DNA from: Torpedo marmorata
Taxonomy: Eukaryota
Direction of reading: 5' to 3'
DNA length: 64,000 nucleotides
Assembly (NCBI GenBank): GCA_977017645.1
Contig: OZ360220.1
Span: forward strand, 263,004,001 to 263,068,000
How positions within the stretch are numbered: position 1 is the first letter of the stretch; each line of letters starts with the position of its first letter. Shown in pieces: positions 63,113-64,000 of this stretch. The position numbers and the translations under genes were made by a program. The notes below the pieces were generated by a model. It worked only from the letters and a program-made list of their open reading frames with translations. It was not told the origin of the DNA and did not search any database.

Positions 63113-63799
63113 GTATGTGTTTGAGTTGAATGTTCTACCCTTTGTAAGCACTCTGCCGTTCAACTTGCCAGGAGTAGATTCACAACTAATCTGTGGAAAT
63201 AATATGGAGAATAGTCTCTGGGTTTGAATGGAAGTAAATGGTACTGGTTTATTTGAATACAAGTTTGACAGATTTTGTTTACGTTAACATTTTGGAAGAT
63301 TGTACATGATTAATTTGAAACACAACATTCAGTTTGTGTGGCAAGATTGGGAGAAGCAGATGCCTTTGCACCTCTATTTCCCTAAGCAATCTATCACCTG
63401 AAACTTCCTTCCCTCATATTTGCGTTTGTGGTAGTCTAAATGAGAAAGATTGAGCACATAATGAGAAGCTGGAGGAACTCAGCGGGCCAGGCAGCATCTA
63501 TGGAGGGAAATGGTCAGTCAATGTATCAAGTCAGGACCCTTTATTGATAAAGTTCCTTCAGCTTCTCATTGATTGCTCACAGATTCCAGCACCTGAACTT
63601 CTTATATTTCTTTAATTGAGAAAGATTGATTGTCACAATCAGTCACATCTTCCATCATTGTTGTATCATGTGGCTAGATAAGAAATAGGAACAGCTCTTG
63701 AGCCAGCTCCTCCATTAAATAAGATCTTGGCTGATCCTTTCAGTGCCACTTCACTCCACTGATCCGAATATCTCTTGATTCCCTTAATTTAAAAAAAAT

Positions 63800-63820
63800 T
63801 CTCTCTCTCTCTCTCTCTCT
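63800..63820. repeat. (TC)n microsatellite
   Basis: About 10 TC units. Confidence 0.9.
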
Positions 63821-64000
63821 TATTCCGAAGATTCATTGTCCTCTTAGTGAAGAATTATTTTCTCATCCCAGTTCTGAATGGTTGACCTTTTATTTAGAGA
63901 CTGTAATTTCCAGTTTTGACACTTTGAGGAAGAGAAAACATAATCTCTGCTCTTTCTTGTCCACCCTGTGGGCATTTTGCATGTTTTAAGAGATCAACTT

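Overview
Eukaryotic (vertebrate, most likely cartilaginous-fish) genomic DNA, judged from the HE1/V-type SINEs, CR1, Rex1/Babar and Penelope content. The only host gene I can support is FRMPD1 (+ strand): seven phase-consistent GT-AG coding exons between 23899 and 63112 encode the PDZ domain and the start of the FERM domain. Its first coding exon was not found, so 1-23898 is probably intron. The rest is nested transposon sequence: two decayed short-LTR Gypsy copies, a complete Gmr1-type Gypsy (integrase before RT) plus a solo LTR, L1-clade, CR1 and Rex1/Babar LINEs, Penelope remnants, V-SINEs, and hAT and Tc1/mariner MITEs. There is one 147-N gap. Best leads: (1) a Gypsy lineage with no tRNA PBS but a 14-nt fold-back onto its own LTR poly(A) signal, a conserved (Y/H)LDN RT active site and a hairpin over the PPT; (2) two local copy-paste duplications of intron sequence, both donated by the same FRMPD1 intron, one with a 23-bp TSD; (3) mobile palindromic Penelope mini-elements with hammerhead-ribozyme cores; (4) inverted repeats around two exons whose back-spliced circle would be a stop-free 255-nt reading frame. 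All alignments were done by eye; family names come from recalled motifs, not database searches.
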